A DNA stretch of 64,000 nt, taken from the NCBI RefSeq assembly GCF_009834535.1, contig NC_045696.1:24678001-24742000 (forward strand), read 5' to 3'. The notes beneath the pieces are model-generated. The model searched no databases, had not been told where the DNA came from, and was given only the letters and a program-made list of their open reading frames with translations. Positions 13,400-28,575 of this stretch are shown here, one piece after another. The DNA is from Camelus ferus. Lineage: Eukaryota. Made by a program: the position numbers and the translations under genes. Each line of letters begins with the position of its first letter. The stretch's first letter is position 1.

Positions 13400-16200
13400 T
13401 TGATTAATTAAAATTTTAAATTATGAAGTAACTCCAAAGTACAGAAAACAATATCATGCCCTTCACATAAATATAACAGATTAGCACATTTGATCTATTT
13501 ATTTTAGGTCTTTTTTTTAATAGAAAATTATAGATATTGTAAAAATCTCATCCTCTTCCATTCAAGATTTACTATCCTGGTTTTGGTGTATATTATTCTC
13601 ATGAATAATTTTTGCAATTGTATTACACATGTATATGTATATTAACAATATATACTATTGTTTGTTTTAAATTTTACAAAAGTGTTATCACACTATATTT
13701 TACTCATTACATTTGTAACAAATTTATATGCTGAGATAGTTTTATATATTCACTTATTTTAATCAAGAAATTATATTACATTGTAAAAATAGAACATAAA
13801 ATGTATATCTCCATTGAGTGACAGGTTTTTCCATTTCTTTCTCTATTGTATATAGTCTATACTTGAATTTTGGGGAGAATATTTGGGGAAATGTTTCTAG
13901 GTTGTTGACAGAGATATGAAATTACTGGATTATTACTATGCACATCTTCAGCTTTCCTAGAATTGCCAAATTGCTCTCCCAAGTATATCAGTATGTACAC
14001 CCACCAGAAATCCCTCAGAGCTCCTAGAAACTGATGTCTTGCCAAAATTTGTGGTACCTGACCAATTAATGTTGTCCATCTGATGGGTGTGAAATGATAT
14101 TTCACTTTGATTTAATTTGCACCTCCCTGATCTATTAGTTAGCCTGAACAGCTTTTCAGCTTGATGGTCACTGGCTAATAGTTGCCTATTTGTGTATTTT
14201 GCCTATTTGTGCCTGAATTGTTTGTGCTTTTTTTCTTTAATTAATTTTCAGAAATTCTTTATAGAGTTTGAATACTAACCCATTGTTGGTTACGTGGTTG
14301 TGAATCTTGTCACTTGTATTTTCACATTTTTAGTTAACCCAATTGATAAATTGTTTTTTTTTTTAATTTTTTTCTTGAGGTAGAAAGTAGCATTAAAGTA
14401 TACAAATCTTGAGTGTGCAGATCAATGAATTTTTACTTATCTATATACCTGTGTACTCACTACACTCATCAAGGTGGGGAACATTTCCAGCACCATAGCC
14501 AGTTTCCTTGTGTATTCTCCCTGTGAATTCTTTCTGTAAAAGTACCATGACAGATTAGTTCTGCCTGCTCTCAAATATCATATGAGAAACATACAATGTC
14601 TATTCATGTATCTAGTTTCTTTTGCTCAGCATTTTGTGAGATTCATCCATGTTGTGAGTAGCAAAACTTCATTCTTTACCATAATTCATTAATTCTCACG
14701 TCGGTGGCCATTCGAGTTGTTTCTAGTGAGGGGAACACTAGAACTATGAATAAAAGTGCTGCAAAAATTCCTTAATGTGTAGATTTGATTGATCATAGGC
14801 TACATAGGCATTTGTTTAGAACTGGTAGAAACTAACAAGAAGTTTCACAAAGTAGTTATCTCAATTTACACTCCCACCAGCAGTGTATGAGTGTTCCAAA
14901 TACTCCACACCAATATCAGCACTTGGTATGTCAGTCCTTTTAATTGTAGACACTCTAGTGGAAGACAAGAGCTATCTCATTGTGATTTTAATGTTTGCAC
15001 TTCCTCAATGGCGTTGAGCACATTTGTTTACCTGCTACTCCTCTAAAGTTTCTGTTTATCTTGTTTACAAAAGTATTTCCTCTCCAAGAGCATAAAGGCA
15101 TGTTCTTTAAAAATGTTTACTTTTTCTTTATATTTAGTATATAATGTATTTGGAATATATATATTTTATATGGTGAGATATAAGTGTCTAGTTTTATAGA
15201 TTTCCATAGGTATTGCTATGGAAATATCACAGTACCATTTATTGAATAGTCCATCCTGGTTCTACTAATTTGGTAATGCCTTCTTTGTCTTGCTTACAAT
15301 AGCTTTTATAATAATGTGTGGTAATTAAAACAATGTCAGAGACAGACCAAAAAAAGAAAAAAGAAGAAAACATTAGAACATATATAAATAAACCTACATG
15401 GATCTGAGAACTTGGTATATGACTTTTGATGATCTTTATTATTCATTTGTTTCTATTTAATTTCATTAATTTTCTAATCTTTTTTATATCCTTTGAGGCT
15501 GCCTTCTATTTTTATTCCTCCTCTAAGTTCTATAGTTGAATGCCTCACTCATTATTTATCACACTGACTTCTCTTCAAATGAATTTAAGTTTATACATTT
15601 CCTTTAACTACTGCTTGAGCAGCATCTGATAAGTTTTGTATATAATGTGTTCATTGCTACCTAGTACTAAATATTTTCTAATTTACATTTTAATTTCTCC
15701 TTTGGCTCATGAATAATTTAGAAATATATTGTGCTAATTTCCTAATGTATAAGGAATTATGATTACATTTCTGTATTATGTATATTAATTTTTATTTATT
15801 TCATTAGTTTTTATTTGTTTACCTGGTCAGGGGATGTTGCATGCATAATACTGATGCACTTTCATCTTTGAGACTTTTTTCAGGGTGAGAACATAATTAA
15901 TTTTGTTACATCCCGTGTGTTCTTGAAAAGGATATATATTTTATAAATATTGGGTAAGGGTCTGTAAAAGTCCATGGGTTAAGAAGGTTAACTGAAATGC
16001 TTAAGTCTTCTACAGTCTTATTAATATTTCATTAGTATAATATTAACTGAATGGGGCTTAAAAGTCCTTACTATATTTGAAACAAAAATGGACATAAATA
16101 CATATAATTTGAGGCTATGTTATTAGTGCATACTAGTTCAAGATTATTATATTCTTCTAATGATTTTTTGTTAATCTATCTGTTATTCTTATAAACAAGT
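13400..16200. mobile_element. Cluster of degraded L1M fragments
   Basis: L1 ORF2 remnants (KYHFTPIR in ORF 13857-14105; aatttacactcccaccagcagtgtatgag at ~14865). Boundaries approximate. Confidence 0.65.
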
Positions 16201-19200
16201 GAGGCATTTTTTTCCCTAGGCATTTTCTATTTGGTTCTTTTTAAAAACATTTTTTTCTTATTGTTTCAATTTTTTCTTTTCTGCCTTCAAAAAAAAATTT
16301 AGTCTTTCAGATTGTTCTACAAAGTTCTGGAGGTTCTACTTCTGTTTATCATCTCCTGTGTTTTGCCATTTTTGTGTGGATTTCTCTGTGACCTCAAATA
16401 TGTAGTCTAATTCCAGTGTGATTTTGCAAAGGCTTCTGCAAGAGATTCAAGAGTATCCCCAACCTGTGGCCAATTTTTATGTTAATCTCTCAGTCTGGAG
16501 TTTCAGGGTCAGCAATAAAGTATAAATTTGGCTCCCTAACTCGTAAAGTGAAGGAGAGATTTTGATTTCTCAGAAAAGACCACTGCTGTTGTGTTTCACT
16601 TTTTCTTCTTCACTTGGGTCTTAGAGAAAGCTCCCTTGCTGCTGGATATGGATTTTTTTTTTCCCCTTAGTATATTATTTCTCTCAATAGCTTAGCTCTT
16701 CAAGAATCTTAGCTTTTGTATTGCTCTTGGCTCTTAAGGCCCATAAAATCCCAGGTCTCATGACCAGCCCTTATATGAGTCTTAAAATCCAACTCCTTGG
16801 TTACCAGGACTGAGATTTCCATAAATGGCATGATGAATTAGTGCTCCGAGCATTTCAGGGACCAGTTGCCTCTATTTTTGGCACCCTGGCATTTCCTTTT
16901 CTTCTTCTGAGCTCATTTGTGCATTTAAAAATTACTATATTTTATCCATGTTTGCTGCAAGAGGATAATCACATATTTGTTTATTTGTTTTAATCAGGCA
17001 TCCTGCTGGAAACATCCTCTTTAACTGTTATATATGGAAATTTAAGAGGAATACCTATTAATTCCCTATTTCCACATTGAAATATAGACTGTTATAACTT
17101 GGAGAAGGGATTTTATGGAGGAAAAGAACAGGAGTTGGGGAAATTATCTACAAAATATTTTCCAAATGATGTAATATAGAAAACTGTTCAAAATATGTTT
17201 TGTCCCAATATTGCCTTCACACTCAAAGTGATACAAATATTGGACTCATTATTTAAATATATTTACATAAATATTAATTTATGCAGACAGAATATAAACA
17301 TATAGTTACACATTATTGGTTCAGTGCCCTGATTATTTAATTGCTTTCAAGTACACAACATATGTGTTCTATGATTCCATTTTACCATGTTCCTGAAAGA
17401 TGCCATTAAAAAAAGTAAACCAAAAACACTATAGAAAATATATTTGCAAAAAAGAGTAAAAATCAGTCACATTTTCTCTTCATTATTTCAATTACAAATT
17501 TTCAAAACATTAACAAGATTTTATTCTCCTTCAATGTGTTATTAAGAAGACGTGTGAAATCAGAGTTATAAAGGAGAGAGCAAATTTTTCTCGGATGGTT
17601 AACTCTATCTTGCTTGCAGGCAGACAAAGGAATATATGGCCCAAATGAGATTTTAAGCACTCCTAGATTTTTGACTCTTAAATCTTTTCTAATATTTTCT
17701 AACAACTCATTCAACTGTTTCAGTTGCTATTTCTTAAATAATATTGCATATTGTAAGAAAAGGAATTTGTTTCAAAATTATTGAGTAGTTTGTTTCATAA
17801 AATACTTTGAGCTTCACATAAGGAAGATAATATTCATCTTGATTCCTTTTTCTATTATTGGTACCTGATTTCCACTAATCCACAGGCAAACTTCAACCCA
17901 GTTCTCCTGCAGTACGTATCTGACAAATGATTACATGGAGTTAAGGCCCTGAGAACAGGAACACAACAAACTCCTAACTGGACTATGAAGTCCATTTCCC
18001 TGACTTCATTAACATTGTACTCTAACTTTAAAACATGTTCAGCTGTGACTTCTGGAACAACTTACGGTGCACTAAGAAAGTCTGTGTGAATTAGATCATT
18101 CTCAGCTGAACAGGGAGAGCAAAAAGACTCAAAATTACATTTACTCTAACAAATAAGTCTCCACACTAATCACCTAGATAACTACAAGTCACATGTCAGT
18201 ACAAGTCGGGGAGATATTTAGATGGTGAGTCATTGCAGAGAGTAACAGTTGGACTGCCCTAGAAGAACCATTTAGCAAACATAAGCATGATCCCACATGC
18301 ATTGTCAGAGTGTGTCTCAAGCTCTTTTCAGATGTATTTTCAAGATAAGATAAATTAGATGGTGGAAAATGAGCAATCTTTATAAATGGAAATTTATCAT
18401 CACGATCTAAAGCCTTTACAATAAAATTTGCCTAAAACACATTTTACAAATGTTCATTTCCTCAGTGTTCCTATAAGTTCAATAAACAGTATGATTGCAT
18501 CTCCCTCATAGAAAAAGTAATAATTCATGAAGAAGGCAAAGAAATGAGAACCACCTGAAATTTGCCAACTATTTCAAATCAGATGATAATCATTCTTACT
18601 CAATGATTCACAAATGATTTCCTGGCACAGTCCACATGACCTAAATCAGCCTCTGCACCTATTTACATAGGCATATATACACACAGAATAAATGACAAAG
18701 GGAAGGGAAAGTTATAATTCTAGAAGATCACACACACACACACACCCCTCTCTTCACCAAAGATTAACTGGAACTGATAAAGTGATGAGAGACCTAGTAA
18801 AGAAGTCACGAGAAAAGGAAGTACAAACTGTTAAAAAGAAGAAAAAGCAGGTGGGCAATTTTAGGAAAGTGCTTAGTTCCACTAAGAATTAGTGTTTCCT
18901 AACTCCACATAAAGGAATGCATATTTGTGACTCTGTGTGTATATTTACAAGAAAGGATTAATACATTACATATTGTTTTTATTTTCATCTAATTTTAATT
19001 TATCAGTATATCATGATTATTTTTCAATGTCAAGAAATAGCCTTGCACAACTTCATTTTTAATTGTTCATTTGTATTCTATTAGATTAATGTGGCATAAT
19101 ATAATTAATCCATCAACCCTCCATTGCTAGATATTCCATTTTAAAGTATTCTGTGTTCATTTGTCCCTTTTTTATGTTTGGTTTTCGCAAATTCATTCCC

Positions 19201-22200
19201 TCTCCCAAACAGCACCCTAATTTCCAACTAGGGAAGTAACTCTTTTCCATTGGTTTAAGTCTTGGGTGAGAAAAATTCTAGGAGACTGTCTTCTATGACA
19301 GAAGCCAAAAGAAAGAAATTATCTTTCCAGGTTCAACAGCCAGGTGTTGGCATGTGACCTAAATCTGATCAGTTGGAGGCCCTCTCCTGGGACTTAGAAT
19401 CTGGAGTTTTAAATCAAGTACAGAAAGAGTATGTTAGAGGTTATTCATCTCAACAGGAGAAGGGTCTGCTAGAGTTGTGATGGCATCTGGACCAGATCTG
19501 CTAGTTACAGGACAGTAACTCTGCTTCTTTCCTCTTCCTTCTTCATAATGTAATTCTTATTGGATCAGTCTCCCATTCTTCTGACAAGTCCCAAGAAGCC
19601 TCACGGCAAATATTATAAAAGTCTCTAATGAAAACCTGTAGCTATATTTTGTACTTATCCTTTTTTTATTTCTTTACATCTTAGAAGTACTAAGCCAAAG
19701 AGCATGCAAAATTTTAATTAAAAAAAATATAGTATCAGACTGCCTTCTAAAAATATAGCAAAGAGGTTAAGAATATTAGCCAACCTCTTATGGCAGAACT
19801 TTTTGCAACTTATCTCTAAGTCTCAGGTTATTCATTTTAGTATGAGATTCATCACAGCACCAATTAGGGTTATAGTGAGGAAAAACTGAGAGAATATATG
19901 CAAAGTTTAGCACATAATAAATTATCAATAAATGTTAGATTTTTATTTGAAAGAATGTAGAAATTACACTCCCTTTGGCAATGCCTAGGTATACTCATTT
20001 ACTCCTCCTCTGCTTTCTCTCTGCTCTCCCTCAGCCCCTTTTATCTACTCCTGTAGGTCCGGTCTGTGAAAATTCTTAGCAGGGGTCTTTTGCATAATTC
20101 TGGTTTCACTTTAGCCCTCTCTCTTAGATGCTGACAGATGACACAAAAGACAAACCAGAATTAGAAATCCCTCAATACAGACCTAAAATTTTAAGGAAAA
20201 AAATTCATTTTATATTCTAAGGAAACTGTCATATGCTATAGTTTAACTTTTAGTGTTTTTTTAAAGAGCAACTTTTCCAAACTTCCTTACCATTATTTTA
20301 CAGTTTACTCTAATTATATATATAAAGATGTGATATCACAATCTTTTCAGTCCTGACGACTTCTAAAGGTCTTAATCTAACCCTCATTCTAAAAAATGGT
20401 ACAAGAGAATTTACAGAAAGAAGGCAGAAGTTGGGCACTAAAAAATTAATTTTGGATACAATGTCTAAAAGAAAATAAAAAGTAGAGCCATGATTAAGGG
20501 GAGATATGAGGAATAAGGGTATATCCAAGTGGTGTGGAAGAAGAAAGAAAATTTAAATGTAAAAATTGAAGAGAATTTAGCGAGATGTAAAATAGGATCA
20601 ATGTTAGAAAAGCCTCCAGAACCTCAACTGCGTTGTGTAACAGAGACACCTGCTGGTCATTATATATTTCACTGTTCAAACCTTCAAGTTACATTTGTTC
20701 TTTCACTCTACATATATCCTCTTCCCCTACATAGTCTCTAAACCATTAAAATTTCACAGGATGAACATGATGAGATCTTCATATTAAAAAGATAATAATT
20801 AAATCAATGGGGTGTATTTTCTACTCTAAATCTGGGGAAAAATCTGGGCCACCAAGACAACTTTGCTAATGTCATTTTAATATAATTAAATTGAGCCTGC
20901 TTTGTGCAATGTAATAAGCTGCTAAAAGTTAAAGCATACTGAACAACTCTCCTTTGCCAGAAAAAATAACTGTAAAAGTAAATAACAATAGTATGGTTAA
21001 TGACAAAGATAAAAAGTTATATGATATATATATATATATATATCTAATATATCTTAGACACCAGGTTAGGATTTTATCTTAGCAAAGGAATTAGAAGCCA
21101 TAATTATGTAAAAATACTAACAATTTATTTTATAATATTATGAACCACAAAAAGAAACTGGTTTATTTTCTCTCACTGCTGTATAATTCTCATGATAGAT
21201 ATCTCCATATCAATTACTGCAGTACCTAAAAGTCATCAGATATAAACATTAATCAGCTGATTGTGACTGATAAATTGGGACTTCTAATAGAAGTCCCTAA
21301 CAGAATGTTGACTCAGTGGGACTGTCTCCCTTTTCTTAAATAATTCAGATTAACTAAGATACTATAAATAAATATATTTTTGGCTAACAAAACATAATTT
21401 GCATTTTCTTTAGCACCCTCAAATTCCATGTTTTGAAAACAGAGACTTAAAAACTATTTCAAAAACCAAGAATGACAATCAGAATCTTAATTTGTATGTA
21501 GCATAAATTAACCCAGTAAGATAGATATGGTTCATAGCTAAAGTCACAAGGTGGACGAATATAAAAAGTGCTAATTATAATCAAATAGTTCATCAGTTAA
21601 CATGTATCAATCCTCTGTGTTCAAGACTAAGGATTGTAAGAGATGCAGAACTCTAAGACAACCTATTTAGAAGGACTCTATATTCTGATTGAATATACCA
21701 CTTTATTTCACATGAAAAAGTCAGCACTCAATTATGAGCTAAATAAGTGATGATGACCCAAAGTCATGTGAAAGTTCCTACATAAGTTTGGGATAGATAA
21801 AGACTAGTTTGGAAAATGTTTGTGGTGGAAACGAGCACTGAATATATGAATAGTGGGCTGGATTTGAGTAGGCAGAAATCTTAGTGAAAGGTGCTTCAGG
21901 CAAAGAGAAGAACATGAGTAATGGGAAGGGAGCAAAGTCTGGTGAGAATCTATTTGTGGGCAGGGAGTGGTCTCCCTAAAGCAGAGTGGAGGAAGGGAAA
22001 AGCAAGAAATATTTGGCTTTGAAAGTGAGGGACCAGTGTAGGGAGATTCTTGAAAGCTTGGCAGAAGGTTAGACTTGATGCATCAGGACTTAAGAAAGAT
22101 GAGTTCTGACAAATTCAAAGAGAGTGACTTGATAAATTCACTGTTTAGGGAAGATTAGTTTGGCAGCAAACTTCACCGTAAGTGATCTAAAATAGATTGC

Positions 22201-22726
22201 TCCACTTGAGTTACTTTGCTAATAATATTTGGATTCAAACTTCAGCTACAGAGGAAGAGTTCATATGTATATAACTTCATACATTCTATATGACGATTAA
22301 ATTATTTACTTGATGTCTATGCCAATAATAAATGAGGAAGAAAGTTAAGCAAAAAATTTGATTCATATTGATGACCAACCTTGTAAATGAGACCGCATGC
22401 CCACCCTCTTCTACCTCCTTTGCTCCACTCCCTGATTAAAGAATACGTATTGCTTAAGAGGAACGAATAGTTATCACTCCCCTTTTATTATCTAATCCTC
22501 TTTAGGAAAAAGTAGATTTGTCCTTAGTTATACAAGATTATACAAGACTGTATGTAGTACTAATAATCATAATAGGGAATATATGCTATTATAAATGAAT
22601 GCCTATTACTTGTCAAGTATAAAATAGATCTTATTTCATTTCATTTTTGCCACATTCCTGCAAAGAAGAAACTGTGATCTCCATTTTTGCAGCTGGGTTG
22701 TCTAAGGCTCACAGGATCTAGAAGAA

Positions 22727-22790
22727 CTTCCCTCAGATTGTGTTTTGGGATATAAAGTCTTCCCTCAGATTGTGTTTTGGGATATAAAGT
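22727..22790. repeat. Perfect 2 x 32-bp tandem duplication
   Basis: CTTCCCTCAGATTGTGTTTTGGGATATAAAGT at 22727-22758 and 22759-22790. Confidence 0.95.
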
Positions 22791-23929
22791 CAGGTGTGTC
22801 TGGCTTCAAAGCCTGTGCACTCAGCATGATTCTACCCAGTTTCTGGTGAGGACACTGCTTGCAACATTGGAATCATTCCTTTCCTGCTTGATCCTCATAA
22901 AGCTAAATATCAAAGTTAAACGCCACTTCAAACTACATCCAAATTACGGCACGCCAAAAAGTTAGTGAACTGCTGCTGCAGTGATCATGGAAAGCAGGAG
23001 TATTGATAGCAAGGTCTGGCTAAGAACTCAAGTGGCAGACTTCCAATTCATAATTCTAAAATTAATTCAAAGTATCTTAGAGTCACAAAGAAGCCTGACA
23101 TTGAATAATAAGTTAACATAACAATCTTCTAGTTTTGTTTCTTTGTTTCTGACACTTCTTAGTTTTGGAGATTCCATTCAGGCACATCTACATTCTGGCC
23201 TGTTTTTTAAAGTTCTTAAATTATTGACATTGAGATTTTGACTGCCCTCTCATTTTGGCATGGCTTTTCACTATTATTGATTTATATGTCCTCATTTGAA
23301 GAGCAAATAATCTCTGGTTTATAGCTTTTAAATAAGAGAAAGAAGGTTAAGAGTTGTCAGCTATCTAGGTACACAGTCCATTCCAACTTCAGTAATAATG
23401 TGCAATAAAGAAAGAGGGTATGGGTCTAGGTCAATTGATTTTAATGGCGGAAACTAAGGTGCCTGGTCACTTTCACTGACCCTAACTCACAAGTAAAAAT
23501 TGCCATTTCAGAGGTCATCAGTCAATTCAAATTATGGCATTTTTAGCTCAGAGTTTTAAGATTGCAACATAAGAAACCTGGAGAACTTACACTTCTGGAA
23601 GAATTATATATTGACTACATTAAAGAGTCCTCTCATTAGGGGGAAAAAAGACCTTTCATAAAACATTGTTTTTATCACATATCCCTGAAAATTTGAGTGA
23701 CTAAAATTAAAAAAAAAAAGTTTGCTGAAATTCAAATGGAAAAGAGAAAAAGAATCCTCAGGAGGCAGAAATGCCCTAAGTGTAAATGCCAAGATCATCA
23801 CTCCAAATCCTGGGCTAGTAGCAAGACAGAGAAGATGAATTTGAGACTCATGGATTTAGCTAAGGGCCTTGGACAGGACTAAAATGGTCCCAGATCCACT
23901 GTTCTGATCAAAGTGGATCATATGCTATT

Positions 23930-24545
23930 TTTAATAAAGACTTTATTTTCTTAAAGCAGTTTTAGGCTCATAGCAAAATTGGGCAGGGGGGAGGTACAGA
24001 GATTTCCCATATACCTTCTGCCCTACACAGGTATAGCCTCCTTCATTATCAACATCTCCCACCAGAATGGTACATATGTTGCAACAAAGGAACCTACATT
24101 AACACATTATAATCACCCAAAGTCCACAGGTTACCTTAGGGTTCACTTTTTTTATTTTATATATTCAATAGGTTTGGATAAATAAATAATGATATATATA
24201 TATATCATTATATTATCATACAGAATATTTCCACTGCCCTAAACATTCTGTGTTCTTTGCCTTTTCACCCCTTGCCTCTACTCTAGCCCCTGGAAACCAC
24301 TGATCTTTTGACTAAATATCCTCACAGTTTTGTCTTTTTCAGAATGTCATATAGTTGGAATCATACAGTATGTAGCCTTTTCAGATTGCTTTCACTTAGT
24401 AATATGCACTTAAACTTTCCTCCATGTCTTTCATGGTTTGATAGCTCCTTTGTTTTTTAGCACTAAATAGTATTCCATTGTCTGGCTATGTCACTGTTTA
24501 TTTATCCATTCACCTACCTAAAGACATCTTGGTTGTTTTCAAGTT
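23930..24545 (-). mobile_element. L1MC-type 3' end
   Basis: aagcagttttaggctcatagcaaaattg...gtacagagatttcccatata...agaatgtcatatagttggaatcatacagtatgtagcc. Confidence 0.8.
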
Positions 24546-26099
24546 TTTCACACACACATGACCTTAAAAATATTAGTATTCAAAATATGTAAAGAATTCA
24601 ATCTCATTAACAATCACAAAAATGCAAATAAATATCACAAGGAGATGTCATTCTACTTTTATCAAATTAGAAAATATTAACCAGTTTGATAAAGCCAAGT
24701 GTTGGGAAGCATTTAGTTCAGTTCAAATTCTATGGCAAGGATAGGAGTATAAATTTGGCAAAACCACTCTACATTTGGATTTACATTATAAAGCATGTAT
24801 TTTACATTCATGTAGTCTACATTCTTCTTTTTCTAAACTACTGAGAAACACTTTATAATTACATCAGGAGAATGTCTACAGCAGCATTCTTCATGACAAT
24901 TATAACTGGAAACAAATGTAATGTCCATAAAACAGGAGAACAGATAAATTGTGAGTTTTTCCCATAGTGAACTACTATATATCAATGAAAATTAAGGATA
25001 TATAGCTACAAGAAAAACAGCTTAGTAAGTTAATATTGAGAGAAAAAAGTCACAGAAATCTATAAAGAGTGGATAATTTTTCATTATGTCAATTTAACTA
25101 CTTTGAAACTGTGTGTCCCAGAGTTCCCTTCTCTCTGTGCTTTTTAGATAAGGTTGCTACAAGGTAAATTTACCTGAAATTTGGAAGGTGAAATTTTTAA
25201 CTCCCAGAAGGTCAGTATCATTCATGAGCAGTTGTAGCTCAAACACGTTGTCACTGAACTTGACAAAGAATAGCAGTCAGGCCTGTGGTTCCCCCAAACC
25301 CCTCCAGTCTTGTTCAGCTTCTCTGATTCTGGCTGTGGTTCAGTTCTGCTGTCAAGAGAGTTGTCTTATCCTTCAGGTCGTCTGCCTCACCTAGACTGGA
25401 GGCCATGGGAGACAAACATGTTTCCATTTTGTCCTTGGTCTCTCCCACTTCACATCTACCTTCACTTACAGACCAGGCCTGGCTGACATCTAAATAACTG
25501 TATTGTTTTTGTATGCATTGTATTGATTTTTTAATTAAAGAAAGGGAGTGGCCAACACAAAATTTACTTCTAAGAGGAAGGCAGGAATAGGAAATAAACA
25601 TACTGGTAGATTCAGTGGTATCTGGAATGGTGTGGGTAAAGTTCTTAAGATAGGAGGGGGGATTCACCAGTGTCCATTTTATTATTTTGCTTCACAATTT
25701 ACCCATAGATTATATACATAATTTTGTGTATCAAGTATTATATAAGAATAATAAAAATTAAAGCACTGAGGTAAGAAGGGCAATAAAAAAAAGAGAAGAA
25801 ATAAAAAATTCAACAGGAAAAGAATGTAGTATCCAGAGCAGAAGGTGCACTGATTTTCTGAAGCAGCCCTAGAAAAAACCCATCCTCAGAGACAGCAGGG
25901 GTTAGAAACATGAGCAGGCCTGGGCGTACAGCAGAATAGCTTGTCTGTCTAAAGAACTAAGGCGCAACCAGTGAGGACTCCAGTTTTAGACAAAGTTTCA
26001 GCAGATTCCTAACTTGGTTCTCACAGGTGAAGAAGAAATGGGGGAGTATCCCCACATATCCATGCAGCATAAATGAAAAGAAAAATGCATCCACTCATT

Positions 26100-27850
26100 T
26101 GCAAGGAACGCCTTCACTATTTTCTTACTCCACAACAGAAATGAATTATCATTATTTAAAGATGATAGCTACTTAGAAAATCAGAAATAAATCAAATGAG
26201 AATCAATTAAAGTGATTAAATGTATCAGAAATCAGTAGTCTAAGAGTTTTTAATTGACAATGTAACTCTAACAAAGACTGTATAATAATATCAACAAAGG
26301 CTACAGATTACCTTGGAATAAACTTAACAGGGAATGTGTAAAACCTATTTTAGGAAATTAAAACTGTACCACTGGACATAGACATTCTCATTATATGCAG
26401 AAACATATCTTGTTCCTAGATAGGAAATCTCATTGCTGGAAAGATCAATTCTCCTCGAACCAACACATAAAATTAAAGTTTTAATCAAAATCCTAATAGA
26501 ATTTTTTAGAGGAAAGGGAACTAAGTCGATTCTCAAATCCATGTGGAAAAAAGTAAGTCAATGAAAAGGAAAAGAAATTGTCAAAATGAATAAATATACA
26601 TTTGTCCGACCAGATATAAACTTTTATGATAAAGCTTCAGTGATTAAAACACTATGTTACTGACCTTGACAATCAGATTAATGAAACACAAGAGTCAAGC
26701 AAAGACCCATGTGCATATAGAAGTTTTGTACATAGTAAACGAATCATTTCAAACCAGTGGGAAAAAACAGCTTACTTGCTAACTATTATTTTAACTGCCT
26801 GTACATTTAAGAATAGAATTGGAAATCAGTCTCACAACATACATTATAATAAAGTTCTATTAACTTTCAGGTTTGAATATAAAGAAACCAAAAGTATATA
26901 AGAATAAAATGTGGGAACATTATTTAAATCTTAATTTGGGAAGTTCTTTCAATGCATGACACCAACCTTAGAAGCCATAAAAGAAAACACTGGACTATAT
27001 AAACTTCAGCATGATAAAATGTGGCATAAACAGAATAAAAAACAACTGACATACTGGAAAAAGCTACTACAGTATATAGTTGAGAATTTTGATATGAATA
27101 TTAATAAGAAGAATCTACAAATAATAAAATGACTAACGAATGAAGGACATAAAATAAGTTTAAATGAACAAAAATTTTTAATATCACTAATGAACATATA
27201 AATGCAAAAATAAAGCAATTGTAATTAATCATCTCCTATGTGATTGGCAAATATTGAGACTATGCAAAACTGGCGAGAAGGCAGGGAGGGACAGGGACAC
27301 ATACAAATTTATATTCAGGAGTATAACTTGGTACACATATTTGAAGGACAAACTAGCAATGTCTATCAAAATTCTGAATGTGTATAGGCTTTACTTGAAC
27401 TTCTAATAAGTGATATGCAGAAATCATTGTACAAAAAGGAAAGACAGATACAGAAAGATTTCAGTGCAGAATTATAATAGCAAAAAGCTAGATATAACAC
27501 AAGTATCCAACACTACCCAAACATCTGAATGTTTAAATAAGTTATAGTACCCTAGTGTGGTAGAAAATTACATCACTATTAGATTGGAACTGAATTTTGT
27601 ATAACGTGGAAGGATATTTACCATATATTATTAAATATACAAATATTTAATATGTAAAATATGAAATATGCAAAATTACAGAGCAATATATCATATGAGC
27701 ACATTTCTGTTAATAAAAATTTAGTTATATTATGTATAACTATGAAGAAAAAAAATTTAAGAAAACACACCATATGGAGAAGTTGTACTGTTTGAAGGGG
27801 AAAAGTTTTCTAATTTTACATACTACCACATTATTTAATTTTTTTACAAT
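26100..27850 (+). mobile_element. Degraded old L1 (L1ME-like) ORF2 and 3' region
   Basis: A-rich sequence with ggaataaacttaac, aaagacccat, ggagtataacttggtac. Boundaries approximate. Confidence 0.55.
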
Positions 27851-28506
27851 AAGCTATATAAAGAAAATGTTTTCGGCTGGCCTAAAATTTACAGAAAAAC
27901 AAATCCACATCAAAAAGAAGTCTAGGGCAACAGTATACTTCACCTAGTCTTCTGAGCTCATCATCTTCATGAATAAAACAACTCTTTGCCCATATTTGAA
28001 ATTCTGAAAGTGTATGGCACCGAAACAAGTATAAGCCTATCTCCTAGAATAGTGCAAAAGAAAAATTTTAGGAAATGCATAGCTAATTTTGTTAAAAATA
28101 TATTTAAAAGAGTTCTAAAGTTAGTCTAAAAGAGTCCTAAGAAGACTGCATTACAAGGATTATTTTCTTTATAGAAATTTTGGCCCATTAGTAATTAAAT
28201 CTCTCTCTCTCATAACAGTAAAAAAAAAAAAAAAAAAGACTGAAAATCCCCTTTAATACATGGAGGTAAGTTTATAGAAATAAAAACATAAAATATTATC
28301 CAAAAAGTCCTCTGGCTACCAAGGTAAATCCTTCTCTGAAGCAGTTATCACACTTAAAAGTATATGATTATTTCAGTAACTAGTTGTTAAACATCTGGGC
28401 TCCTCCAACTAAGCTACAAGCTCCCTGAGCTCAGGAATTCTTTCATTCTGATTTCTTACTATATGCACAGTGCCTAGGAAATGGTAGGTGCAAAATAAAT
28501 ATTTGT

Positions 28507-28575
28507 GGAAGGAAGGGAGGGAGGAAGGAAGGAAGAAAGGAAATGGAAGGGAAGGAGGTAGGAGAGAAGGAAGAA
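28507..28575. repeat. GGAA/GGGA purine-rich simple repeat
   Basis: Read directly. Confidence 0.8.
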
